The translations under genes were made by a program, and so were the position numbers. A stretch of DNA of 64,000 nucleotides from Methanothermococcus sp. Ax23 (lineage in GTDB: Archaea > AGJL01 > Methanococci > Methanococcales > Methanococcaceae). The notes under the pieces were generated by a model that was not told where the DNA came from, did no database searches, and saw only the letters and a program-made list of their open reading frames with translations. Positions 54,767 through 64,000 of the stretch are shown here, piece after piece. Location of the stretch: the NCBI RefSeq assembly GCF_049075655.1, contig NZ_CP157522.1:864001-928000 (forward strand), in the 5' to 3' direction. Numbering within the stretch: position 1 is the stretch's first letter; the number at the start of each line of letters is the position of its first letter.

Positions 54767-55936
54767 ATGAAGATTGGAATAATACTTGGAACACGTCCAG
54801 AGATAATAAAATTGTCTTCCATTGTAAGAAAACTGGAAAGATTAAAAAAATTAAAAGTTGATGGACTAAATAATGCCCATAATGATATTAATAATACTAA
54901 TGGTAGTATTGGAAATATAAATTATTTTATTATTCACACCAATCAGCATTATTCTGAAAATATGGATAAAATCTTTTTTAAAGAATTGAATCTTCCATCT
55001 CCAAATTACAATTTAAATGTTGGTTCTGGAACACACGGAGAACAAACGGCAAAAATGCTCGAAGGTATTGAAAAAATTTTGATAAAAGAAAAACCTGATG
55101 TAGTGATTGTTCAGGGGGACACAAATACTGTTCTTGCAGGAGCTCTCGCATCATCAAAATTGAAAATAAAAGTGGCACATGTTGAGGCTGGTTTAAGGAG
55201 CTACGATAGAAACATGCCTGAGGAAATAAATAGAGTTCTTACCGACCATGTATGTGATTACTTATTTACTCCAACGGAGATTGCAAAAGAAAACCTATTG
55301 AAAGAAGGTATTGAACAGGAAAAGATTTTTGTTGTGGGCAATACAATCGTAGATGCCACACTTCAAAACATCAAGATTGCTGAGGAAAGGGATGATATAA
55401 AGAACTTTATAAAAACATTATCCAATGGAGAGGACTATTTCTTATTAACCATTCACAGAGCAGAAAATACGGACAATAAAGAGCGATTGAAAAATATAAT
55501 TAAAGCAATAGGTGAAATAACAAAATACCACAACAACAAAATCGTTTTTCCCATCCATCCAAGGACAGAAAATAGATTAAAAAAATATAATTTGTTTGAT
55601 GAAATAAAAAATAACAAAAACATAAAAATAATTGAACCGGTTGGGTATTTGGAGTTTTTAATGCTTGAAAAAAATGCAAAATTAATTTTGACTGATAGTG
55701 GCGGAGTTCAAGAAGAAGCCTGTATTTTAAAAGTTCCATGTATCACACTGCGGGACAATACAGAGAGACCAGAAACAATAAATGTTGGGAGCAATATTTT
55801 GGTTGGGGCAGATATAGAAAAAATTATCAATGGAATTGAGTTAATGCTAAAAAAAGAGAGAAATTGGAAAAATCCATTTGGTGATGGGAACAGCGGTGAA
55901 ACTATCGTTGAAATATTGTTAAATCAAAATCTATAA
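54767..55936 (+). CDS. wecB: UDP-GlcNAc 2-epimerase (non-hydrolyzing)
   Basis: GTRPEIIK, QGDTNT, HVEAGLRS, TDSGGVQEEA, TERPE. Confidence 0.93.
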   Translation: MKIGIILGTRPEIIKLSSIVRKLERLKKLKVDGLNNAHNDINNTNGSIGNINYFIIHTNQHYSENMDKIFFKELNLPSPNYNLNVGSGTHGEQTAKMLEGIEKILIKEKPDVVIVQGDTNTVLAGALASSKLKIKVAHVEAGLRSYDRNMPEEINRVLTDHVCDYLFTPTEIAKENLLKEGIEQEKIFVVGNTIVDATLQNIKIAEERDDIKNFIKTLSNGEDYFLLTIHRAENTDNKERLKNIIKAIGEITKYHNNKIVFPIHPRTENRLKKYNLFDEIKNNKNIKIIEPVGYLEFLMLEKNAKLILTDSGGVQEEACILKVPCITLRDNTERPETINVGSNILVGADIEKIINGIELMLKKERNWKNPFGDGNSGETIVEILLNQNL

Positions 55937-56137
55937 TCTATTTTATCTTTCATTCTTATTTTTTATTCTTTATTCTTTATTTTTGTTTATTTATTTTTTA
56001 TTATAATTTTTTTATTATAATTGTGTGTTATTATGGCAATATATTACATAAAAACTAAAACTTTATATATTTTAGCACATATGGGATATATTATAAGAAT
56101 AATAAATATACTTACAAAAAAACTAAAAGGTGATATA

Positions 56138-56452
56138 ATGTTTGGATTTGGGAGAGGATTTAGAGGTAGGGGCTTCTTCGGTTTCAGACATTTTGCAGGA
56201 GCTCGCACTATACCAAATTGCAATGAAAAATATGAATATGTTGGAGCATGCAGATGCGGACTTGGGCCGCACGCATATTATAGGGATAGAAGAACTGGTG
56301 CAGTAGTGCCTGCTACGGCAGTATATGGGTATGATGCACCAGAGACAACTCCTGAAACTGAATTATCAGATAGGTTGAGATATTTGGAAGAAGAAAAGAA
56401 GTATTTAGAAGAGGAAATAGCTAAATTGAAAGAATCTTTAAAAAAAGAGTAA
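56138..56452 (+). CDS. DUF5320-like protein (Gly/Arg/Phe-rich N-terminus, CRCG, C-terminal coiled coil)
   Basis: MFGFGRGFRGRGFFG..., LRYLEEEKKYLEEEIAKL; AGGTGA RBS before ATG 56138. Confidence 0.65.
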   Translation: MFGFGRGFRGRGFFGFRHFAGARTIPNCNEKYEYVGACRCGLGPHAYYRDRRTGAVVPATAVYGYDAPETTPETELSDRLRYLEEEKKYLEEEIAKLKESLKKE

Positions 56453-56486
56453 AAATGTAAAATAAAAACAGAAATGAGGCAGCACC

Positions 56487-56678
56487 ATGGCAGACATGAA
56501 AAAGTTCCAATGTTCAAAATGCGGTAGGATTATTGAGGTTCCATACGGTATTCCAAAACCTGAGGTATGCCCACACTGCGGAGCTCCTAATGTATATATT
56601 CATAGAGTTGATGAAGGAGGAAGAGGATTTGGTGCTGGAAGAGGTAGAAGGTGTGGAGCAGGAATGGGGAGAATGTAA
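56487..56678 (+). CDS. Small Zn-ribbon/rubredoxin-like protein with GRG-rich tail
   Basis: CSKC..VPYG..CPHCG; GAGG RBS. Confidence 0.75.
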   Translation: MADMKKFQCSKCGRIIEVPYGIPKPEVCPHCGAPNVYIHRVDEGGRGFGAGRGRRCGAGMGRM

Positions 56679-56821
56679 TATATCATTTAATAATCTTATC
56701 AATAATTTTATCATTTTTTTAAAATGTATATTTGTAGATTTAGTTTAACAGATTGATGGCATAGATGCAATGTTTTTATATGTGTAGCAGCAATATTAAA
56801 TAAAAATTATTTGGTGATGTT

Positions 56822-57688
56822 ATGGCAGAATGCGATGGAAAATGTGATTCCTGCTCTTCAAGTAGCTCATGTTCAGATGCTAAGAAGGCTATGGAGATGC
56901 AGAATGCAAAAATAAGAGAGAATATGGGGAAAATAAAACACAAAATAGCCATTTTAAGTGGTAAAGGTGGCGTAGGTAAATCAACAGTTACAGTAAATTT
57001 AGCAGCCACATTAAGCGCCATGGGTAAAAAAGTTGGTATTTTGGATGGCGATATACATGGCCCAAACATTCCTAAAATGCTTGGTGTAGAAGATATCCAA
57101 CCTTTCGCTGATGAAAATGGAATATACCCCATTACAACACCAGAGGGAATAAAAACAATGTCAATTAGTTATTTCTTGCCTGATAAAAATACCCCTGTGA
57201 TTTGGAGAGGTCCAAAGATAAGTGGTGCCATTAGGCAGTTTTTAAGTGATGTTGTTTGGGGTGAGCTCGACTATTTATTAATAGATACCCCACCGGGAAC
57301 AGGAGATATTCAAATCACAATTATGCAATCTATCCCAGATATTGATGGGGTGATTATCGTCACAACCCCTGAGGAAGTGGCAGTTCTTGATGCAAGAAAA
57401 TCCATAACAATGGCAAAAACTACAAATATTCCTATAATTGGTATAGTGGAAAACATGGGCGGTTTTGTATGTCCGCACTGTAATAAGGTTGTCGATATAT
57501 TTGGAAAAGGCGGCGGTGAAAAAGCAGCTAAGGAATTGGATGTTGAGTTCTTAGGTAGAATACCTCTCGATATAAAAGCAAGAGAGGCATCTGATAAGGG
57601 AATTCCAATGGTATCTCTTGATTGCACCGCAACAGAGGAATTTAAAAAGATTGTTGAGAAGGTTGTTGAAAAAATTGAGAATAAATAA
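56822..57688 (+). CDS. Mrp/Nbp35 (ApbC) Fe-S cluster carrier ATPase
   Basis: N-terminal Cys cluster, SGKGGVGKST, DTPPGTGD, ENM..FVCPHC. Confidence 0.93.
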   Translation: MAECDGKCDSCSSSSSCSDAKKAMEMQNAKIRENMGKIKHKIAILSGKGGVGKSTVTVNLAATLSAMGKKVGILDGDIHGPNIPKMLGVEDIQPFADENGIYPITTPEGIKTMSISYFLPDKNTPVIWRGPKISGAIRQFLSDVVWGELDYLLIDTPPGTGDIQITIMQSIPDIDGVIIVTTPEEVAVLDARKSITMAKTTNIPIIGIVENMGGFVCPHCNKVVDIFGKGGGEKAAKELDVEFLGRIPLDIKAREASDKGIPMVSLDCTATEEFKKIVEKVVEKIENK

Positions 57689-57845
57689 TTATTTAATTAT
57701 TATTTAATTATTTAATTCTGTATTATTGGGATAATTATTCTTATTTTTCATTTTGTTTTTAAATAAATGTATATTTTAGTTTTATTTATATTAATAGTAT
57801 TTATTTATTGATTATTGGATTATTTATCGGTCATTAGGTGTAATA

Positions 57846-58913
57846 ATGCTTCCAAATAAAACTGCATTAGACTTGATTAAAAAGTATATAGATATCTTTA
57901 AAGAAGGAAACAATATTGATGAATTTAAGAAAGAACTGATAAACAATCTTTTAAATAGTAGTGGAGTGCTTGTTAAAACTGATGATGGGACATATACTTT
58001 GGTATCGGAAGATGAAGATGAGCTCATGCACTCACGAATCGGAGCTCTAACTGAAAGCGTGGAGAAATTTGCAATACCTTCAAATTTAAAAAATATGGGT
58101 AATCCCAAAATATTGGATTTATGTAGTGGAATGGGGTATAATGCCATAGCGGCACTTCATTTTAATAAAAACTGTGAAATTGACATGGTAGAATATAGTG
58201 AAGAAACGCTTTTTTTGTCTTTATGCTTGGATATTCCGTATAAGGAGCATGAATTGATAAAAGAAGTAATAAAAGATTATTTTTTGAATAAAAGGAGCAA
58301 TAATAAAAAAATAGAAAATAAAGACATAAAAAATAATAAAATAAATTTGTATGTGGGAGATGCTAGAAAAATTGTTAAAAAATTGGATAAAAAATATAAT
58401 ATTGTATTCCATGATGCGTTTTCACCACAGAGAGATGCAGTTTTATACACTGTGGATTTTTTGAAGGAAATTTATAAAAAAATGGATGATGATGCTGTTT
58501 TAATTTCCTATTCTTCATCGATTCCTTTTAGAAGTGCTTTGGTGGAGGTTGGTTTTATACTATCAGAAGGAGCTCCCGTTGGAAGAAAAAGGGGTATAAC
58601 AATTGCATATAAAAATCCTTCATCAGATAGGGATTTAAAAAGAATCTCAGAAGTTGATGAACGATTAATAGCCCTTTCAACAGTTGGAGTTCCCTACCGG
58701 GACAGTAATTTAGATTTAGACCATGATACAATAATAATGAATAGGGAAGTGGAGCGGGAAAAATTAAAAGAAGAGTTATCGAAAATAGATAGATATTATT
58801 CCACAAAAAAGGTAAAACTCGGCAAAATAGATGAAAAGTTTTTGAATATCCAGAAACTAAATTTAAATTCCTCAGAAATAATCATGAGGATGAAAGAAGA
58901 ATTAAGAAACTAA
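57846..58913 (+). CDS. MnmC(MnmD)-like SAM-dependent methyltransferase
   Basis: TDDGTYTL, MHS..GA..ES, LDLCSGMGYN, FHDAFSP. Confidence 0.8.
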   Translation: MLPNKTALDLIKKYIDIFKEGNNIDEFKKELINNLLNSSGVLVKTDDGTYTLVSEDEDELMHSRIGALTESVEKFAIPSNLKNMGNPKILDLCSGMGYNAIAALHFNKNCEIDMVEYSEETLFLSLCLDIPYKEHELIKEVIKDYFLNKRSNNKKIENKDIKNNKINLYVGDARKIVKKLDKKYNIVFHDAFSPQRDAVLYTVDFLKEIYKKMDDDAVLISYSSSIPFRSALVEVGFILSEGAPVGRKRGITIAYKNPSSDRDLKRISEVDERLIALSTVGVPYRDSNLDLDHDTIIMNREVEREKLKEELSKIDRYYSTKKVKLGKIDEKFLNIQKLNLNSSEIIMRMKEELRN

Positions 58914-58916
58914 AAT

Positions 58917-59786
58917 TTAGATTAAATTATTTATGACATAATCTATTAATTTCTCAGTTATATCCATCTCAGAAATCCTTGAAAGTGCCTCCCATGAAGG
59001 AGCTCCGTTAACTTCAATTACCTTTAAACCATCTTTACTTTCCATTAAATCTACTCCCCCATATATCAGCCCAGTTGCATTTTTTGCTTTTATTGCGAGC
59101 TCTCTTATTTCATCGGTGATTTCGCATTTTTCAGCCTTTCCATTTTGGTGGATGTTTGTTATCCAATTGTCGGAAACTCGATACATTGCAGATACAACTT
59201 CATCTCCAATAACAAAAGCCCTGATATCTCTATAAATATCATTTGGATTGGTTATAAATTCCTGAATGTAAAATACACCATGTTTCTTTTTGAATTCATT
59301 TAACATGTTTAGCTTAGAAATTAGGGTTTTATTTTTTAACCTGACAATACCTTTTCCCTGATTTCCAAATAATGGTTTTAAAACACAGTCTTTAAACTTT
59401 TCTGACCACATTAGAGCTTTGTCAATATCTTCTGTAATTACTGTTTTTGGATGAGGGATATTGTTTATGTTCATTAAAATAGATGTTCTGTATTTATTCC
59501 CTGCGTTTTCAAGTCCTGCTGTTGGATTTATTAATGGAATGTAATGCTCTATATATTTAAGAACATCAAACCTATAATAATTGGACATATCGCCAAGATT
59601 TCTAACAAATGCACACTTTAAATCTGAAATATCATCTTTATTATGCTTAAATTTAATATCCATGCCGGTAAAAGAAGCAATTTTAGATGGTTTAATATAA
59701 ACTGGAGTTATGCCTTTCTTCTTCATGACCCTTTCTAATTCACAAGTGATCCAATCTTTTTCTTCCGATATTATTCCTATTTTCAT
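58917..59786 (-). CDS. mptN: RimK-family ATP-grasp ligase, probable tetrahydromethanopterin:alpha-L-glutamate ligase
   Basis: KPLFGNQGKG, YIQEFI, RDIRAFV, WITNIHQ, GVDL, IEVNGAP. Confidence 0.72.
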   Translation of the reverse strand: MKIGIISEEKDWITCELERVMKKKGITPVYIKPSKIASFTGMDIKFKHNKDDISDLKCAFVRNLGDMSNYYRFDVLKYIEHYIPLINPTAGLENAGNKYRTSILMNINNIPHPKTVITEDIDKALMWSEKFKDCVLKPLFGNQGKGIVRLKNKTLISKLNMLNEFKKKHGVFYIQEFITNPNDIYRDIRAFVIGDEVVSAMYRVSDNWITNIHQNGKAEKCEITDEIRELAIKAKNATGLIYGGVDLMESKDGLKVIEVNGAPSWEALSRISEMDITEKLIDYVINNLI

Positions 59787-59901
59787 ATTTTCACTTTGAT
59801 ATTTTTTATCAATATTTAAAATCAATCTTTAAAATATATAAATATCATATAATAAGAATGATAATAATCGAATAATAAAGGATAACAATGATAATAAAAT
59901 C

Positions 59902-60948
59902 GAGGTTGTCGAAAAATATTAAATTATCAATAACATATAATACATGTTATGAAGGGGAATATAAAAAAGAAAATAGAAAAGAAAAAGACCAATCCTAAGA
60001 CAAAAGGATACTGGAGAATATACGACCTTAGATATAAGAAATACGACCTAAGAACTACTTATACGTTGATTTTATCCATTACAAACATGCTGAATCGTCC
60101 TTCTACCGAAGGACGAAAGGTTGGTAGGGTATCTGCCCTACCCTATAATGAATATGTGGTAGTTCTAATATTAAAACATATCTACAAACTAAGTTTAAGG
60201 GATTTAGAGACACTCTCAAATACATTACATAACAAACATATTGACCATTCCACATACGGTAAAGCATTTAAACGGATGGATAATGAGTTTCTATCCAATT
60301 TACTCACTTTTACATATACGATTATAGATAATCTACTAACTCAGCCCTCCAACAAACTATATATGGCAGACTCAACAGGAGTTTCCATAAATAGGTTATA
60401 CTATGAGTGCATTCACGGAGGGAAACGTACTAAACGATTGGTGCATGATAAATTGCATGTTCTAGCATCATACTATCCAGAACAAGGATATATTCCAATA
60501 ATCTCCGCCCGTTGGGGCGGAGGTTATAGTTCCGATAGTGCCAACCTATTGGAAATGGTTAAACAGATTGATTTTTTAGATAATGAATATCTACTGGCTG
60601 ATGGAGGATATGATTGCTGTGAATTGTTTGAATATTTACTACAACACAATATCACTCCAATAGTTAAAACAAAAGAATTCAAGTGGAAGTATCATATTAG
60701 CAAAGTTAGAAAAACCATTAAGAGCATGTTTAACAAGGATTGGTATCGCCTTCGGGGGATAGTAGAATCCATATTTGGAGGGCTGGAGACTAAAAACAGG
60801 TTAAAATTAGATGACAGGTTGGCGGATAGCAGAGATGTAAAAGCACTATTGCTACTGCGATAGTGCATAACGTATTAACACTAATGAGAGTATTAGTATT
60901 AACATATGATACTGAATAAAATTACAAATTCAATTATTCGACAACCTC
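59902..60948 (+). mobile_element. IS5-like insertion sequence, 1047 bp, 16-bp TIRs, 9-bp TSD AATAAAATC
   Basis: GAGGTTGTCGAAAAAT at 59902 / ATTATTCGACAACCTC ending 60948; AATAAAATC at 59893-59901 and 60949-60957. Confidence 0.92.
59949..60863 (+). CDS. DDE transposase (IS5-like), probably frameshifted near the C-terminus
   Basis: ADSTG, KLH, LADGGYD, YRLRGIVESIF; an alternate frame continues ATAIVHNVL... to TAA at 60919. Confidence 0.85.
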   Translation: MKGNIKKKIEKKKTNPKTKGYWRIYDLRYKKYDLRTTYTLILSITNMLNRPSTEGRKVGRVSALPYNEYVVVLILKHIYKLSLRDLETLSNTLHNKHIDHSTYGKAFKRMDNEFLSNLLTFTYTIIDNLLTQPSNKLYMADSTGVSINRLYYECIHGGKRTKRLVHDKLHVLASYYPEQGYIPIISARWGGGYSSDSANLLEMVKQIDFLDNEYLLADGGYDCCELFEYLLQHNITPIVKTKEFKWKYHISKVRKTIKSMFNKDWYRLRGIVESIFGGLETKNRLKLDDRLADSRDVKALLLLR

Positions 60949-61126
60949 AATAAAATCGAAACCTATATATACTAAATTATAGTTTATATTGATAGTAAGT
61001 ATTAAACACGAAAGATTGATAGTAATAATATGCTGGATAAACACGAAATATATTGTTGATATTTCTAAATATATATCTAAAAGTATATATATGAGTAGTT
61101 ATTATAACTGATTTAACAATTTGTTT

Positions 61127-61211
61127 GCAGAGGTAGTCTAGCTCGGAAAGGCGTGGGACTGGAAATCCCATGGGGCTTTGCCCCTCGGGGGTTCAAATCC
61201 CCCCCTCTGCG
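61127..61211 (+). tRNA. tRNA-Ser(GGA)
   Basis: Acceptor GCAGAGG/CCTCTGC, anticodon arm TGGGA-CTGGAAA-TCCCA, long variable arm GGGGC-TTT-GCCCC, T arm. Confidence 0.95.
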
Positions 61212-61315
61212 CTTTTTATTTTTTTTATTAATATTATTGCTGATAGTAAATAAGCATATACGCTAATGACCTTAGCAGTGCTATAAAACACGATTATCTC
61301 TCGGAGGTGCAGACA

Positions 61316-61768
61316 TTGACTCAAACAGAATTCAAACACAGAATTAGAATATCAAAAACAGATATTACTGGTGAATTTCCATTAGAATATGCCTTACAGG
61401 ATATAAAAGGGATCGGTAGGGCAATGGCTAAGGCAATATTGAGAATCACCAAATTGGATGGAAAACAACAGGCAGGTTATTTATCAGATGAAGATGTTCA
61501 AAAAATAGAGGAAGTTTTAAATGACCCTGCGAAACACGGAATTCCATCATGGATGTTCAACAGGAAAAAAGATACCTACACAGGTGAAGATAAACACTTG
61601 ATTGAAACGGACTTAGTGCTCACAGTTCAAGAAGACATAACCACCATGAAAAAGATTAGATGTTATAGAGGAATAAGACACGAATTAGGATTGCCATGTA
61701 GAGGACAGAGAACAAGAGGTTCATTTAGAAGAGGTTCGATAGTGGGAGTTAAAAAGAAAAGGAAATAA
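61316..61768 (+). CDS. rps13: 30S ribosomal protein S13
   Basis: IKGIG, PSWMFNR, YRGIRH..GLPCRGQRT; GGAGGTG RBS before TTG 61316. Confidence 0.96.
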   Translation: MTQTEFKHRIRISKTDITGEFPLEYALQDIKGIGRAMAKAILRITKLDGKQQAGYLSDEDVQKIEEVLNDPAKHGIPSWMFNRKKDTYTGEDKHLIETDLVLTVQEDITTMKKIRCYRGIRHELGLPCRGQRTRGSFRRGSIVGVKKKRK

Positions 61769-61950
61769 ACGATAATTTAACGACTGTTTATAAAACAAAA
61801 CAGGATGAGAAATAATTATCTACTATGAATAAATGAAACTTCCGGCAATAAAAACCTTCGGATTTTTCATTTAGCGTTTAACCATATAAAAAAGAAAGGT
61901 TATAAAAATTGGAGATTAAAAATCTTTAAAACCAAATAAAAGGTGAAAAA

Positions 61951-62487
61951 ATGGGTGACCCAAGAAAATTAAGTAAAAAATACGATACCCCAAATCATCC
62001 ATGGATTGGAGAAAGAATTAAAAGAGAAAGAGAATTAGCAATAAAATATGGGTTGGTAAATAAGAAAGAATTTTGGAAAATGGAAACAAGATTGAGAACA
62101 TTCAGAAGACAGGCAAGAAAATTGATAAGCGACACAACCAAACAAGGTGCAAGAGAAGCTGTTCAGTTATTTGGCGTTTTGAAAAGATACGGTATTTTAG
62201 TTAAGGAAGATGCTACATTGGATGATGTTCTCTCATTAAATGTTGAAAGTATCCTCGACAGAAGATTACAAACATTGGTATTTAAAAAAGGACTTGCAAA
62301 AACACCAAAACAAGCTAGACAATTTATAGTTCATGGCCATATTGCAGTAAATGGAAGAAGAATAACTGCACCAAGTTATTTGGTTCCAGTGGCTGAGGAA
62401 GATTTAATATCATACACACCAACATCACCATTGGCTTCTGAAAATCATCCTGAAAGAACAAAAGTGGTAAGTGAGGATAATAGCTAA
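61951..62487 (+). CDS. rps4: 30S ribosomal protein S4
   Basis: [29 protein letters not shown]. Confidence 0.96.
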   Translation: MGDPRKLSKKYDTPNHPWIGERIKRERELAIKYGLVNKKEFWKMETRLRTFRRQARKLISDTTKQGAREAVQLFGVLKRYGILVKEDATLDDVLSLNVESILDRRLQTLVFKKGLAKTPKQARQFIVHGHIAVNGRRITAPSYLVPVAEEDLISYTPTSPLASENHPERTKVVSEDNS

Positions 62488-62528
62488 TTTAATTAAAAAA
62501 TCAATAAAAATAAAAATAAGGTGATTTA

Positions 62529-62903
62529 ATGAGTGAGAAATGGGGCGTAATCCATATTTATGCGTCATACAACAACACAATTATACATGTTACAGATATT
62601 ACAGGAGCAGAAACAATTGCAAAAATTTCTGGTGGTATGATTGTAAAAAACCAGAAAGATGAGTCATCCCCTTATGCTGCGATGCAGGGTGCATTTAAAA
62701 TAGCAGACATGATAAGAGAAAAAGGAATAGAAAAAGTTCATGTAAAGGTAAGAGCTCCGGGTGGAAACAAATCAAAGAACCCAGGTCCAGGAGCTCAGGC
62801 AGCCATTAGGGCATTGGCAAGAGCAGGGATTAGGATTGGAAGAATAGAAGATGCAACACCAATTCCACATGATGGGACAACCCCAAAGAAAAGAAACAGA
62901 TAA
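62529..62903 (+). CDS. rps11: 30S ribosomal protein S11
   Basis: [32 protein letters not shown]. Confidence 0.96.
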   Translation: MSEKWGVIHIYASYNNTIIHVTDITGAETIAKISGGMIVKNQKDESSPYAAMQGAFKIADMIREKGIEKVHVKVRAPGGNKSKNPGPGAQAAIRALARAGIRIGRIEDATPIPHDGTTPKKRNR

Positions 62904-62995
62904 TTTATTACATTTCCTGCGGTTGGTGAGGGTATAATAATCCTTTGGATTATAAATCCATCACTTTCAGGATAATGAAACTGTTGGTGGTATCT

Positions 62996-63583
62996 TTGAT
63001 AAATAACATTCAAAAAGAAAAAACAAATATTGGGGAAACGCTTAAATTTAACCTAAAAGCCCCATTATCTTTTTCCAGTGCATTGAGGAGGATAATGATT
63101 TCAGAGATTCCAACTTATGCCATTGAAAATGTGTATTTTTATGAAAACACATCCTCAATGTATGATGAATTGATTGCACACAGGCTAGGATTGATACCTA
63201 TAAGGGGAAAACCAGTTAGTAGTGATGAAGTAATTACATTTGCACTTATTAAAGAAGGTCCTTGTGTGGTTTATTCTGGCGATTTGGAATCAGAAGCAGG
63301 GGAAGTGGTATTTAAACGCATACCAATTGTTAAATTAAAAGAAGGGCAAAAATTGGAACTAGAATGTGAAGCTCTGGTGGGCGTAGGAAAAACCCATGCA
63401 AAATGGCAACCATGCAATGCCATTTATAAACAAATAGATAAGGATGAAGTGGAGTTTTTAGTAGAATCTTATGGGAATATGGATTCTGAGGACCTCTTAA
63501 TATCATCAGTGGAAGTATTAAAAAACAAGGCTGAAAAATTCCTAGATGAGCTGGAAAGTTTTGAAATAAATGATGTAGAGTAA
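62996..63583 (+). CDS. rpoD: DNA-directed RNA polymerase subunit D (Rpo3)
   Basis: SALRRIMISEIP, NTSSMYDELIAHRLGLIP, G.GKTHAKWQP; start chosen at TTG after GGTGG. Confidence 0.93.
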   Translation: MINNIQKEKTNIGETLKFNLKAPLSFSSALRRIMISEIPTYAIENVYFYENTSSMYDELIAHRLGLIPIRGKPVSSDEVITFALIKEGPCVVYSGDLESEAGEVVFKRIPIVKLKEGQKLELECEALVGVGKTHAKWQPCNAIYKQIDKDEVEFLVESYGNMDSEDLLISSVEVLKNKAEKFLDELESFEINDVE

Positions 63584-63616
63584 TATAGTATAATATAGAA
63601 TAATAATGGTGAAATC

Positions 63617-63979
63617 ATGAGAAAATTGATGGCTACCAATCCAAAAATCGTTGAATTGGTTCAAAATCTTAAAGTAGAATCCTACAAAAACGATGCAAAA
63701 ATTTGGAAAGACATAGCTAAAAGATTATCAAAACCTGCTAGAAGAAGAGCAGAAGTTAATATAAGCAAGATAAACAGATATACAAAAGATGATTATGTTG
63801 TAATTGTTCCAGGTAAAGTTCTTGGAGCTGGAAAATTAGGACACAAAGTAACTGTTGCGGCATTTTCATTCTCAGAAAGTGCTAAGAAAGCAATTGAAGA
63901 AGCTGGCGGAAAATGTTTAACTATTGAAGAGTTAATTAAGGAAAATCCAAAAGGTTCATTGGTAAAAATAATGGCTTAA
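63617..63979 (+). CDS. rpl18e: 50S ribosomal protein L18e
   Basis: TNP, IWKDIA..L.KP.RRR.EVN, VPGKVLG.G, FS.SA. Confidence 0.95.
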   Translation: MRKLMATNPKIVELVQNLKVESYKNDAKIWKDIAKRLSKPARRRAEVNISKINRYTKDDYVVIVPGKVLGAGKLGHKVTVAAFSFSESAKKAIEEAGGKCLTIEELIKENPKGSLVKIMA

Positions 63980-64000
63980 ATAATTACATTATATTAAACA

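Overview
AT-rich archaeal chromosome segment; gene content and order indicate a Methanococcales methanogen, probably a thermophile (Methanothermococcus-like, inferred from a BpsA-like gene). It holds class III RNR (nrdD), a full archaellum operon (flaB1-B3, flaC-J) with a divergent HEAT-repeat gene, lipid and cofactor genes (DGGGP synthase, AcnX, IPK, lactaldehyde dehydrogenase, cofC, mfnB, mptN-like), pan, wtpABC, purT, pyrE, wecC/wecB, tRNA-Arg(GCG), tRNA-Ser(GGA) and the rps13-rps4-rps11-rpoD-rpl18e operon. Mobile DNA: two tnpB-only IS200/IS605 elements, two non-autonomous derivatives of one of them, and an IS5-like element with a 9-bp TSD. The strongest unexplained signals are: (1) a set of 37-64 bp double-hairpin micro-insertions with GNA/GNNA-type loops that interrupt both tnpB genes, sit in the IS ends and omegaRNA regions, nest inside one another, and form a 112-bp x7.5 tandem array at the nrdD stop; (2) about 78 copies (hand count) of the palindrome GAGCTC in host genes but none seen in the IS elements, resembling a HIP1-type iterated palindrome; (3) flaC broken at an A10 tract. 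All counts and alignments were done by eye and product calls come from recalled family motifs, not database searches.
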